A stretch of 64,000 nt of DNA. It comes from Dipteris shenzhenensis. Lineage: Eukaryota. Below, piece by piece: positions 24,260 to 35,698 of the stretch. The position numbers and the translations under genes are program-made. A model generated the notes under the pieces. That model had not been told where the DNA came from. It ran no database searches and was given only the letters and a program-made list of their open reading frames with translations. Each line of letters begins with the position of its first letter. Position 1 is the first letter of the stretch. The DNA lies in the NCBI GenBank assembly GCA_047967505.1, contig CM106538.1. One strand, 5' to 3'.

Positions 24260-26849
24260 AGCCACAGGCTTCGCATCAGGCTTCAGCTCTATCTTGTGCT
24301 CTATGGCAATCACATGGCGAAGGTGGCGGTAGCTAGTTGCGAAAAGGTCAGGGAGATCTTTGAACATTTCTAGGAATTCATCTTTCTCACTTGGAGTGAG
24401 GTCTGGGGAAAGCATAGATTTAAGCTGTTGAGAACTAGCTGTTGCCTTTTCTATAGGTGGCGAGGTTGGAGGCACCCCCATCATGTAAACTTCCTCATCT
24501 TAGAACTCCTCCCCCCGTCTGATCCTTCCATTGATTCGGACACCGAGGACGAGAGAGTATCACTGTCTTGCTCCTCTTCTTCTTCTCTTTCCATGGCACC
24601 GAGTTGCACCGGGATCTTCTCCTTAGAAGCACCAAAAGACATGTGTCCTGTCTTCCAATAGTTGACTGCATCACTCTTTCTCAACCATGGTCTCCCGAGT
24701 ATGGCTGGATAACTCCTCCCTATATCTTCAATGTCCACTACATAGAAATGGACGGTGGTGGTCAACCCATTGACAGTGATGGGCAAATCCTCAATGACTC
24801 CTAGGGTGGCGAGTCGTCGACCATCTGCTACCTTGATTCGAGTGGAGGAATGCCTTGTACATTTCAAATTCAATTTCTTCATGATTCGGGGCACCATGAT
24901 ATTACATGCAGCTCCCCATCAACACACACATTTTTGACATGGTAATTATCTATAATGACATCGATTGTATGTGGGTGCCGATCAATTTCTTCAGAGATAG
25001 AAGATACCTCTCTTACCTTTCCCTTTTTCTTGTTCCTCCTTGTTGGGAGCCCTTGCTGCAGCTCACGTCTCTCACCTTAGGGCTTAATGCTATTAGTTGA
25101 GGGAGCGTGATGCTCAAAGACCGATGAGCAAGGTCCTGAACGACCGAATAGTCCTCTTGCCCTGAGCCGATGGGAAAATCCGAGGGCGACCACTTACTCC
25201 TGCAAGATCTTTTAGTCTTCTCTGTTGGTGGGTCTGCCATCTCAGCATCTGAGGACTCTGAGAAGGACACCTTCTTCCTAGGGCAGCCCGGTCCATGGTT
25301 TAGAGAGGGGTCTGAGGTGGTACGACTTCTTTTTCCGAGGTCAAGGATCTCTACATCAGAATCCTCAATGCCAGATTCACTTAGAAGATTCACCCTTGGA
25401 ATATTGGGGAATTCCATGCGATAATGAGCCTTCTAGTGGCACTTGTAGCATACAACATTAGCACGGTCTCTTGGAGGGCGGTTGGCTTGATTTTTGATGC
25501 CCACCATCTCAAGCCGAAGATCATTCATAGCCTTGGCTAGGTCATTGACTCCGGGTTCTGTTGCAGGGGGGGCCTCTTTAGCTGGAGGGGCCGAGGGAGT
25601 AGAAAGGAGGGGGGCTCATGGGCGAGGCTGAGGAAATCTTCGAGGCGGAGGGTGAGAATATACACCTTATTGAGGGTAAGCATCTAAGGGAGGACCATAC
25701 ATTTGGAGGCAGTGGATACATCCCTAATGAGGGGTGGGGATATGCCCCTGAGTTAGACCCCCCAGGTTGTTGTTGCAGGAATTGAGGGGGTTGTGGAGGG
25801 ACAATCATCTTCTTTGAAGTGGGGTTAGACTGAACTTTATCAAACTTTTGAGCAATCTCATGTGCTTGCACCATAGTTTCTGGATTCTCCCATTTAAGCT
25901 TGAGGCGAAATTCATCACTTGCTCCTGCTACAAGGTAGCCCAGCACATGCTGAGTCATTCTAGCTCAAAATTTGGCATTGTCCTCCTGCGTGGCAATTAA
26001 ACGATCCAGGAGCACGATCGCTCGATCCACATATCAATGCGCCGTCTCCCCTTCTGACTGCTTCAAGTTTGCCACCTGCAGGTACACATTCTCTGGCTCC
26101 TCTTCTTTGCCGAAATACTCAATCATCACTGCTGTCAACCTTGGCCAGCTTGGCGAACGTCTTCGGCCTGCTTCTCATACCACACTTGAGCCAAACCCTC
26201 TAGAAATGTGGGAAGAACCAACAGCCATCTGTCTTCAGTAAGAAAGTTGAGAGAAACACAATGGTGCTTGAAGGCCACAAGATACTCATTTGGATTTTCT
26301 TCCACCCATCCACAAAACACGGGAAGGTCAGCCATGCTTGGAAGATGGAAAGAGAGAGGCAAGATGAGGCTTATCTATGGACAAACAATAGAAAGAGGAA
26401 GCTTGAACTAAAAATTAGGTAAAGATACCTCCACGAAGCACACATAGGCAGGGTAGGGTGTGACTAGTGTATTGTGAAATACTACACGGGAAGAATCTTC
26501 AGCATAGAATAGCACATAGACAATCTTAAAAGGACCAACCCTCATGATATCACATCCATCTTTACAAGCGAGGGTTAGAGACACGGCGCTGCATAAGGTT
26601 GTTCATCAAGGCAAACAAGAATGCCATGACAAACGTCAACAGTTGGAGAGCTTGCACATCACCTTCAGCTTCTTCTAGTTCTTGTAGTTGCCATGCTATA
26701 TCTTCAAAGGGTGTGTGGTCTAGCATCCTTCTTTTGAGCGATGTCCTTGAGGACCTTTCTGATGATCTTTCGAAGTCGGTGAGCTTGTATCAAGTATGCC
26801 CAACACTTAGTTTCATGATGACCACAACCTTTTCATTCCTTACAAATGA

Positions 26850-27332
26850 TCACCCTCCTTCGTGGCTTGCGGCTTTGTTGGAGTGGTGCTTACTCGCGTC
26901 ATGTGTGATTGAAGTACAAGCTTCACGTGCCAAGAAATCAGCAACTAGATTTCGAGCTCGAGGGATATGCTGAATTTTTACCTCTTCAAATTGGTTGCAA
27001 AGTTTCAATGCTTGTTGATGTCGTGGAACCAAGCCTTTGCTCCGCACCTTCCACCTTCCACTAACTTGTTCACGCACTAGTTGAGAATCTCCTTGCACTT
27101 CAATTTGCTTGACATGATGTTCTTGTGCCTTTTGTAGCCCAAAAATGAGCGCCGAGTACTCATCTTGATTGCAAGTACTTGTAGGTGCAGACTTGCTGTA
27201 ACAATACTCCTCACCACCCGGCGAAGTGAGCTTCACACCCATGCCAGCAGCCTTGGTCGAAGGTTTGGAAGCTCCATCGAATTGAAGGATCCAAGATGTC
27301 ATCACACCAAGACTAGAATTCGGGCATCCCAA
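26850..27332 (-). CDS. Archaeal-type RNase HI (RVT_3/aRH-like) ORF
   Basis: FDGAS...NQDEYSALIFGL...GDSQLV..QVSGRW...HIPRARNLVADFLA. All four acidic catalytic positions are present, as is the aRH-type PRxxN motif. Confidence 0.9.
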   Translation of the reverse strand: MGCPNSSLGVMTSWILQFDGASKPSTKAAGMGVKLTSPGGEEYCYSKSAPTSTCNQDEYSALIFGLQKAQEHHVKQIEVQGDSQLVREQVSGRWKVRSKGLVPRHQQALKLCNQFEEVKIQHIPRARNLVADFLAREACTSITHDASKHHSNKAASHEGG

Positions 27333-27525
27333 GTTTCTCGGTAGTCCAGGATAGGTAGAAGGAGAGGGTGGGGAGAATTCAACACTTAAGCCAAACGTTC
27401 AGCACGAAATAAACTTGCAATCCTTTGTTGATAGTTTATCTTTAGACAAAAAAGAATTACAACTTGAAGCTCGAAATGAGGCACAAAAGGTTGATTAGGT
27501 ACAAATGGATTCCTTGGTCGAAACA

Positions 27526-27933
27526 TTACCAACCATAGCCGAGGCCTAGAAACCTTTGTAGTGAGATTGAGAATAAACCATTCAAGACGAGCTTATCCAC
27601 AGGAATTAACAAGCAGATGTGCCAAATCTCCCCCCAAGCTTGGGGAGCATCCCACCCTTCGATGAAGGACACCATTTTAATTACCTCTAAAGTAGCAAGT
27701 AGTTCAATCACCGCACAATGAGTAGAATTAAAATCAAAGTTCTCCCAGCATATCAGTAGTTCTTCACCATGAATCATCCACGGTGTATCATTCCACCCAT
27801 CATCTCCTTGAACAATGCACTGGACAATCAGCCGTTGAAGGTCAACATGAAGATCAAGGAAGAGATCTCGTGCATTGGTAGCCGTAAGGTGCGGAGGACC
27901 AGGCACCAAATCCTTAAATGCGAGAAGTGACAT
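27526..27933 (-). CDS. Unknown 135-aa ORF in the Gypsy leader region
   Basis: Open ATG-started ORF of normal complexity, lying between the PBS and aRH on the element's sense strand. I recognise no motif in it. Confidence 0.35.
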   Translation of the reverse strand: MSLLAFKDLVPGPPHLTATNARDLFLDLHVDLQRLIVQCIVQGDDGWNDTPWMIHGEELLICWENFDFNSTHCAVIELLATLEVIKMVSFIEGWDAPQAWGEIWHICLLIPVDKLVLNGLFSISLQRFLGLGYGW

Positions 27934-28305
27934 AAATATCCACCCTCCTCATGTGGCGTGCGTCCGTGAAGTGGACTTGGAGAAGTTTCGAATTGGCGAT
28001 CTGGCAGGAGATGTGAATAGAGCACATGAAATGAAGTACTTTTGCTTTTTACAGCAAGAGTAAACTCCCCACGGCTAGAGAGTTACAGTTCTCGAGATTT
28101 CAGTATATAAACAAAAATCATTACATTTTCATTACTTCCAACTTGTTGGCCCAATGATAAGTCTCCCTTTTGCGAAGGGGAAGGTCTTGGGTTCAAATCC
28201 TACTCTTTAATAAAAAGAGAGGAGAGGAGAGGAGAAGGAGAAGAGAAAGAGAAAGAGAAGAGAGAGGGGGACGCGGGATCTGCTATTACAATTTTGCAGA
28301 AACTC

Positions 28306-28445
28306 AGAAAACTATTCGTGACCAGAAGACGTAGCAGCCTAGAAAACTATCGCACGGTTGAACGCAGTAGATGCGAGAAAACTGTCCGTGACTAGAAGAC
28401 GCAGGAGCCCAGAAAACTATCGTGCGGGTGAACACAGTAGACGTA
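28306..28445. repeat. Four 35-bp units arranged as two 70-bp dimers
   Basis: AGAAAACT starts at 28306, 28341, 28376 and 28411. Units 1/3 and 2/4 are most alike. Confidence 0.85.
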
Positions 28446-28728
28446 CAAATTGAATACGTGTGCAGGAACTATGAAGGAGTACAGATGATACAGTTCTGTA
28501 GATGCGACCGGTACGAGTAGAAGATTTGCCGGCCAGAATACACGTAGGAACTGTGAGCAAAAAGTAGGCAGACTGAAAGTGCAAAAATAGGGAGATTTTG
28601 CAGCCATAGAGATGGGGAGGCACACAGTTTAGGGACGCAAAAGAAGAGAACTGTGCACGGAAGAGGCCGCAGTGCCGCACCCAGTCGTAGGAGTAATAGA
28701 TTTCATACCACTAGCCATGGAGCTTTCG

Positions 28729-28746
28729 ATCCCAGCAGCCACACCA
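28729..28746 (-). promoter_or_regulatory. Primer-binding site complementary to the tRNA-His 3' end
   Basis: Plus-strand ATCCCAGCAGCCACACCA equals the last 18 nt (including CCA) of plant cytosolic tRNA-His(GUG) as I recall it. It sits 4 nt from the candidate LTR end. Confidence 0.75.
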
Positions 28747-28750
28747 TTTC

Positions 28751-30032
28751 TATTAGCCAGAAAAGAAATCAAGACTAGGGGCTAGAGGCTAAGCATGGCG
28801 ACGCTCGAGGGCCATAGAGGAAAGGAGATCGTGAGGGCGAAACGTTATCATGGGAGGGGAAAAGGAATTAGAAGGGGAGGGAATGAAGAGGGAGACTATG
28901 ATACAGGGGAAACGGAGAGGGGGAAGAGAAGCATGTACATGATAGGAGGAGGAATGTAAAGATGGAGACATCAAGGGAAGAGGACCATGCTTTATTTGAA
29001 AGAAAGGATGAGAGGGAAATATCAAAGTACTAGCTAGGTGGCTTTACAAGAATGAGCATGTCCATCAAGGAATAGCCCCCTCCTTTTATAGCCAAAAGAG
29101 GGGGTCTCTCCCAATTAATGCATCCTCCCACATGCATGGTGTGTGTGGAAAAGTCTCCCATGTGGGCTAGGCGGTTATGCACTCTCAATTGTGTGCGATA
29201 ATCCTTTGCCTCAATTTTCCACATAAATCAAGCCCCATATCTCAAGTCTATGATACTCCCTTGGTCTCTTCCCAACTTTATAATATGTTCAAACCTCTAG
29301 GAGGACAAGTGGAGGGTTGGCACAAGGAATCTTGCCACCTCATCCTACTTTCCCCATTATTTAACTTGCTCTCTTGGACCTTCTATACCTCCCCCACATG
29401 GGCCTATCCTATATGGAGGGAATAACCCAATATAATATCTATCTCCACCTATTTTATATTACTTCTCCCATGGACTTTGAGCCATATCTCACTAAATGCA
29501 GCCTAGGTGGAGGGGTGGCACATGGAGGAGCCATGCCACCTTACATTTTATAATATTACTACCATGGATTATGTACAACACACCTTATGGGTCCTCTTAC
29601 GTGGAAGGGTGGCACATGGTCATGCCCTACCACCTCAACCCTGGGACCTAGGCACACCATATTTTATTATACTATTGCCACACTCCTTAGACAAATTTAT
29701 CCATAACAATGGTCGGGTTTATTACAAGCCGCTTCATATGGCAATAAATGTAAAAAATAGCCTAGAAGGCTTTACAAGGTTTTTTATGACAATAAATGAG
29801 CTTGAATATGTGTACAAATGCAATAAAAATAACCAATAAAGATTTACAATGAAATAAAATGACTACTATAATCATCAAGCTCCAATATGCCCCATGACAT
29901 GTAATCTGTCTACTGATATTTGCTATCTGCTCATGCAATCTGCCCACTGATAAACTTCTTGGTAAATGGTAAAAGGTCTTATTTAATAGCATGTTATGAG
30001 TGTGAAACCGCATGTGAGCGAAGGGACTGACA
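28751..30032 (-). repeat. Candidate 5' LTR of the Gypsy element
   Basis: Adjacent to the PBS. Minus-strand TATAAAAGG at ~29,083-29,091. Termini TGTCAGTC...GGCTAATA form an imperfect inverted repeat with terminal CA apparently mutated to TA. There is no second LTR to confirm it. Confidence 0.5.
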
Positions 30033-30416
30033 ACAATTAGGAACTAGTTAGAAAAATTTGAGCATGGCTTCGATTGGCAACTTGGAGAATTGTCTCCCCT
30101 CTAAGGCAATCTAATCTATGCTAAACTATGCTAAACCAATCGTCGAAGTGAAGAAAAGCAATAAATAATATCTTTTTCTATGTTCATTTTAATGTGCTGG
30201 GGTTTAAGAGGCTTAAATATGCAAAAGAAGGGGTTTTGATGTAGAGGCTAAACCTGCATGTGAGAGAAATGAAGAACAAGTATCTAAGAAAAGTTAACAT
30301 TTTTCAATTTAAAAGATGAATATATATAAAAATATTATCTCACCTTCAAAACAAACCATAAATTCACTCTTTATAATTTTTTAAAAGTATAATATAAAAC
30401 ATGTAGATATATAAAA

Positions 30417-30432
30417 CTCTCTCTTTCCTCTG

Positions 30433-30477
<45 letters not shown>

Positions 30478-30823
30478 ACTCCTAATTCTCTGTGTAGCCA
30501 TAGTCAAGATACCTCATTCTCTCTCTTAATCTCTCTCTCTCTCTCTCTTACAACTCTTATGTCTTTCCCTCTCTGTCCTCATCCCACTCATTCTCTCTCT
30601 TAGTTTATCTCAAGTCTCTCTTTCTCTCCCTCCCATGTCCGCTAGGATTTATCATTCTCTCTCTTCATCTCTCTCTCTCCCCCCCTAGGATTTGTAATTA
30701 TTTCTCTCTCTCTCTCTCTCTCTCTCCACCTCTCTCTCTAGAGATTTATTATTCTCTCTCTTGATCTCTCTCTAGGATTTGTAATTCTCTCTCTCTCTCC
30801 TCTTCTCTCTCTTCATCTCTCTC

Positions 30824-30869
<46 letters not shown>

Positions 30870-31236
30870 CCTCTCTACCTCCCTCCCTCTATCCTCTTGG
30901 CCACTAGGATTTGTCATTCTTTCCCTCTCTATGTCTCTTTCACTCTCTCTAAATTCTCTCTCTTAATCTCTCCCTGCCTTCCTCCCTCCCTCCCTCCCTC
31001 TCTCCCTTTCTCTCTCTCCTCTGTCCCTCTTCTCACTTAATCTCTCTTTCTCTCCCCCCCTCTTCTCTCTCATTTCTCATTCTCTCTCTCTCTCTCTCCC
31101 TCCCTCCCTCCCTCCCTTGGCGGCCATGGCCATGAGAATTCTCATTCTCTCTCTCTCTACCTCCCTCTCTTGGCGGCCATGGCCACTAGAAGTTTCATTC
31201 TCTCTCTCCCTCCCTCTCTCCCTAAGTCTCCCTCCT

Positions 31237-31276
<40 letters not shown>

Positions 31277-32464
31277 CCTCTGGCAGCCACGGTCGTCAGA
31301 AGCTTCATTCCCTCTCTCTCCCTCTTTCTCTTTCTCTCTCCCTCCCTCTCTCTCCCTCTCTCTCTTTCTCTCTCCCTAAGTCTCCCTCCTCTCTTCTCTC
31401 TCTCTCTCTCTCCCTCTCCCTCCCTACTCTCTCCCTCCCTCTAGTAGCCACGGCTGCCAGGACACCCTCTTCTCTCTCTTAATCTCTCTCTCCCTCTCTC
31501 CGCTCTCTCTTTCTTTCCCTCCCTACTGTTCTCTCTCATTTAATGAGCCCCTCTTCTCTCTCTAATCTCTTGTCTCTCTCCCTCTCTCTCTTTCTCTCCC
31601 TCCCTACTCTTCTCTCTCATTTCTCATTCTCTCTCTCCCTTTGGCGGCCATGGCTGCCAAGAGCCCCTCTTCTCTATCATAATTTCTCTCTTTCCCTCTC
31701 TCCTCTCTGCCAGAAGTTTCATTCTCTTAAACTTCTCTCTCTCTCCCTCTCTCTCGCTCTCTCTCTTTCTCTCTCTCTCCCTCTCTCTCCCTCTCTCTCT
31801 TTCTCTCTCTCTCCCTTTCTCTCTTCCCTCAGTCTCCCTCCTCTCTTCTCTCTCATTTTTCTCTCTCTCTCTCTCTCTCTCTCCCTCTCCCTCCCTACTC
31901 TCTCCCTCCCTCTAGCAGCCACGGCAAACACGAGACCCTCTTCTCTCTCTTAATCTCTCTCTCCCTCTCTCCTCTCTCTCTTTCTTTCCCTCCCTACTAT
32001 TCTCTCTCATTTCAGGAGCCCCTCTTCTCTCTCTGAATCTCTCTCTCTCTCTCTCCTTCTCTCCTCTCTCTCTTTCTCTCCCTCCCTACTCCTCTCTCAT
32101 TTCTCATTCTCTCTCTCATTTCTGATTCTCTCTCTCCCTTTGGTGGCCACGGCCGCCAAGAGCCCCTCTTCTCTCTCTTAATTTCTCTCTTTCCCTCTCT
32201 CCTCTCTCTTTCTCTCCCTCCCTATTCTCTCTCATTTCTCAAATTTACAAACTCAAATTTGAATAAGAAACTAATTGAAATAGAGCTCAAAAACTCAAAT
32301 AAGAAACTAAATTAAAAAGGAATTGTAATGCCTACTAAAAAAAACCCCTCCTCTAGCTGCCATGGCCACCAAGAGTTTTCATTCTCTCTTAATCTCTCTC
32401 CCTCTCTTCCTTCTCTCTCTCTCTCCCTTCGCCCCTTTTCTCTCTCTTAATCTCTCTCCCTCTC

Positions 32465-32531
<67 letters not shown>

Positions 32532-33481
32532 CTTTCTGTCCCTCTTTTCTTTTCTCTCTTAATCTCCTGCTCTCTCTCCCTCTCTCTAGCTCTCTCTTTC
32601 TCTCTATGTCTCTTTTCAAATTTAGAACACAAATTTCAATAAGAAATTAATTGAAATAGAACTCAAAAACTTTAACAAGAAACTAATTGAAAAAGAATTG
32701 TAAGTAAAGAAAAAGAATTACAAGACGAATTGTAGAATTGCGAATAAAGAAAAAGAATCGCAAGTACCTGGAAAAAGTGAAAAAAGTAAGGCTCCGCTTA
32801 TCCTTTCTCTTCCGCTCTTGGTTGCTTCCATGAAATGAGGAGAGAATGAGAATGAATGAATGGAAAGAAGAGTATATATAAGAAAAACTAGCCCACTCCT
32901 CCCACTCACGAATAAATTTGAATTTTTAAAAAAGAGAGGGAAATTTGAATTCATTCTTCTAGATAAATTTGAACATTCTTCTTGAAACTTTCTTCTCGTA
33001 CGTCCCTCTTCATTCTTCTCGTAAGTCAAATCTTATTTGTCACTCTTGCTCGTGATCGTTCTAGTCTTAGTTATAAGAATTCGACCTCTCTCCCTCTACT
33101 CCTCTCCTCTTCTCTATGTAGTGGGCTCTCTCTCTCTCTAATGGAGTGCCCTCTCTATGGATGGAGCTCCCTCTCTTAGTCGCATATCTCTCGCTCTCTA
33201 GTCGCATACCTTCCCAACCTTCCTCTAGTCGTGTACCTTCCTCTCTCCCTCAAGTCTTCTCATCTCTCCTCTCTCTCTAGTCGCTTACCTTACCCTCTCC
33301 CTAAAGTCTTCTCATCTCTCTTCTCTCTCTACTAGTGTTTCCCTCTCCATCACGTCTTCTCACCCCTCTCCCTCCCTCACTCCTCTCCCTCCCTTACTCC
33401 TCTAACTCTCCTCTCATCCTTGGGGGCCACGGCCCCCAAGAGTCCTCTCTCTCTCTCTTCCTTCTCTCTCTCTTCTCCCCT

Positions 33482-33536
<55 letters not shown>

Positions 33537-34014
33537 CCCTCCCTCCCCTCACTCCTCTCTCTCTCTCCCCTCCCTTTTCCTCACTCCTCTCACCTTGGGG
33601 CCACGGCCGCTAGGACCCTCCTCTATCTCTCTCTCCCTCCCGTCCCTCTCTCACTCCTCTCACCCTCCTCTCTCTCTCTCTCCCTCCCCTCCCTTTTCCT
33701 CACTCCTCTCACCTTGGGGTTGCAGGCGCCAGGACCCCCTGTCTCTCTCTCTCCCTCCCTCCCTCTCCTCACTCCTCTCACCCTCCTCTCTCTCTCCCTC
33801 CCCTCCCTCTCACCCTGGGGGCCGCGGTTGCCAAGACCCCCCCTCTCTCTCTCTCTCCCCTCCCTCCCCTCCCTCTCACCTGGGGGCCGTGGTCGCCAAG
33901 ACCCCCCCCCTCTCTCTCTCTCTCTCTTTTGCTCCCTCCCCTCCCTCCTCTCTCTCTCTCCCTCCCTCCCCTCCCCTCCCTCTCACCCTGGGAGCCGCGG
34001 CTGCTAGGACCCCC

Positions 34015-34059
<45 letters not shown>

Positions 34060-34639
34060 CCCTCCCTCCTCTCTCTCTCTCCCTCGCCTCCCTCCCCTCC
34101 CTCTCACCCTGGGGGTCGCGGCCGCAAGGACCCCCCTCTCTCTCTTCTCTCTCTCTTGCTCTCTCTCTCCCTCCCCTCCCTCTTCTCTCTCTCTCCCTCC
34201 CCTCCCTCCCCTCTCTTTCTCCCCTCCCTCCCCTCCCTCTCACCTTGGTGGCCGTGGCTGCCAAGACCCTCCCTCTCTCTCTCTCTCTCGCTCCCTCCCC
34301 CTCCCTCCTCTCTCTCTACCTCCCCTCCCTCCCCTCCCTCTCACCCTGGCGGCTGGGGCTGCCAGGACACCCCTCTCTCTCTCTCTCTCTCTCCCTCCCC
34401 TCCCTCCTCTCTCTCTCTCCCTTCTCTCTCTCTCACCCTGGTGGCCGTGGCCGCCAGGACCCCCCTCTCACTCTCTCTCTCACTCTCTCTCTCCCTCCCC
34501 TCCCTCCTCTCTCTGTCACCTTGGCGGCCGTGGCTGCCAGGACCCCCCCTCTCTCTCTCTATTGTTCTCTCTCTCCCTCCCCTCCCTCCTCTCTCTCTCC
34601 CTCCCCTTCCTCTCACCCTAGGGGCTGCGGTTGCCAGGA

Positions 34640-34736
<97 letters not shown>

Positions 34737-35698
34737 CTCTCTCCCTGGGGGCCACGATTGCCACGACCCCCTCTCTCTCTCTGGTGCTCTCTCTCCACTC
34801 CTCCTGCTGCCCCCTCCCCCTACCCCTGCTCCCCCCTACCCCCGCCGCCCCCTACCCCGCCTCCCACCTACCCCTACCCCGCCGCCCCCTACCCTCGCTC
34901 CCTCCCCTCCCTCCTCTCTCTCTCTCCCTCCCCTCCCTCCCCTCCCTCTCGCCTCCCCCTACCCCCACTCCCTCCCCTCCCTCCTCTCTCTCTCTCTCTC
35001 TCCCTCCCCTCCCTCTCGCCTCCCCCTACCCCCGCTCCCTCCCCTCCCTCCTCTCTCTCTCTCCATCCCCTCCCTCCCCTCCCTCTCACCCTGGTGACTG
35101 CGGTCGCCAGGACCCCCTACCCCGCCTCCCCCCCTCCCGCCTCTCGCCTCCCCCTACCCTGCCTCCCCCCTCCCGCCTCCTGCCTCCCCCTACCCTGTCG
35201 CCCCTGCTCCCCCCCTGCCTCCCCCTACCCTTGCTCCCTACCCTGCCTCCCCTCCTCCCGCCTCCCCCTACCCCCGCTCCCTACCCCACCACCCCCTACC
35301 TTGCCTCCCTCCCCTCCCTACCCCCACTCCCCCCTCTCGCCTCCCCCTACCCCGCCACCCCCTACCCGCTCCTCCCTCCTGCCTCCCTACCCTGCCGCCC
35401 CCCCTCTCGCCTCCCCCTACCTCCTCTCCCTACCCCGCCTCCCCCCCTCCCTACCCCCCCTCCCCCCTCCCTACCCCTGCTCCCCCCTCCCTCTTACGCC
35501 ACTCTCTCCCTCCTCCCTCCCTCTTCCTCCCTCCCTCCCCTCTTTCGTCGCTCCTCCCTCCCTCCTTTCCTCCCTCTCTCTCCCCCCTCCACTTCCCTCT
35601 TCCTCCTGGAGGCCGCGGCCTCCAAGACTTCTCTTCTTCTCTCTAAACTTTCTCTCTCTCTCTAGTTCCTCTCTCTCTTTCTTTCTCTCTCTCTCTTC
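30417..35698. repeat. Two successive CT-rich composite repeat blocks (30,417-32,620 and 33,020-35,698)
   Basis: (CT)n tracts with a recurring GGC(G/A)GCCA(T/C)GGC(T/C)GCCA-type motif. 33,675-35,698 is the twin of 1-2096. Confidence 0.93.

Larger units (their letters stand above)
24257..30032 (-). mobile_element. 3'-truncated Athila/Tat-like Ty3/Gypsy element: LTR, PBS(His), unknown ORF, archaeal-type RNase H, gag, protease, start of RT
   Basis: gag LPVFCGWVEENPNEYL...LEGLAQVWY (26,135-26,362); degenerate CCHC at ~25,420-25,455; protease VDG(G)AACNIM and ILGRPWL (24,481-24,925); RT start LFATSY...IEHKIELKPDAKPVAQ (24,257-24,484). PBS at 28,729-28,746. Candidate LTR 28,751-30,032, with its outer end uncertain. 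Confidence 0.8.

Noticed and set aside
28147-28203. Functional tRNA gene
   Set aside because: No acceptor stem and an incomplete D-arm; kept only as a tRNA-like remnant.
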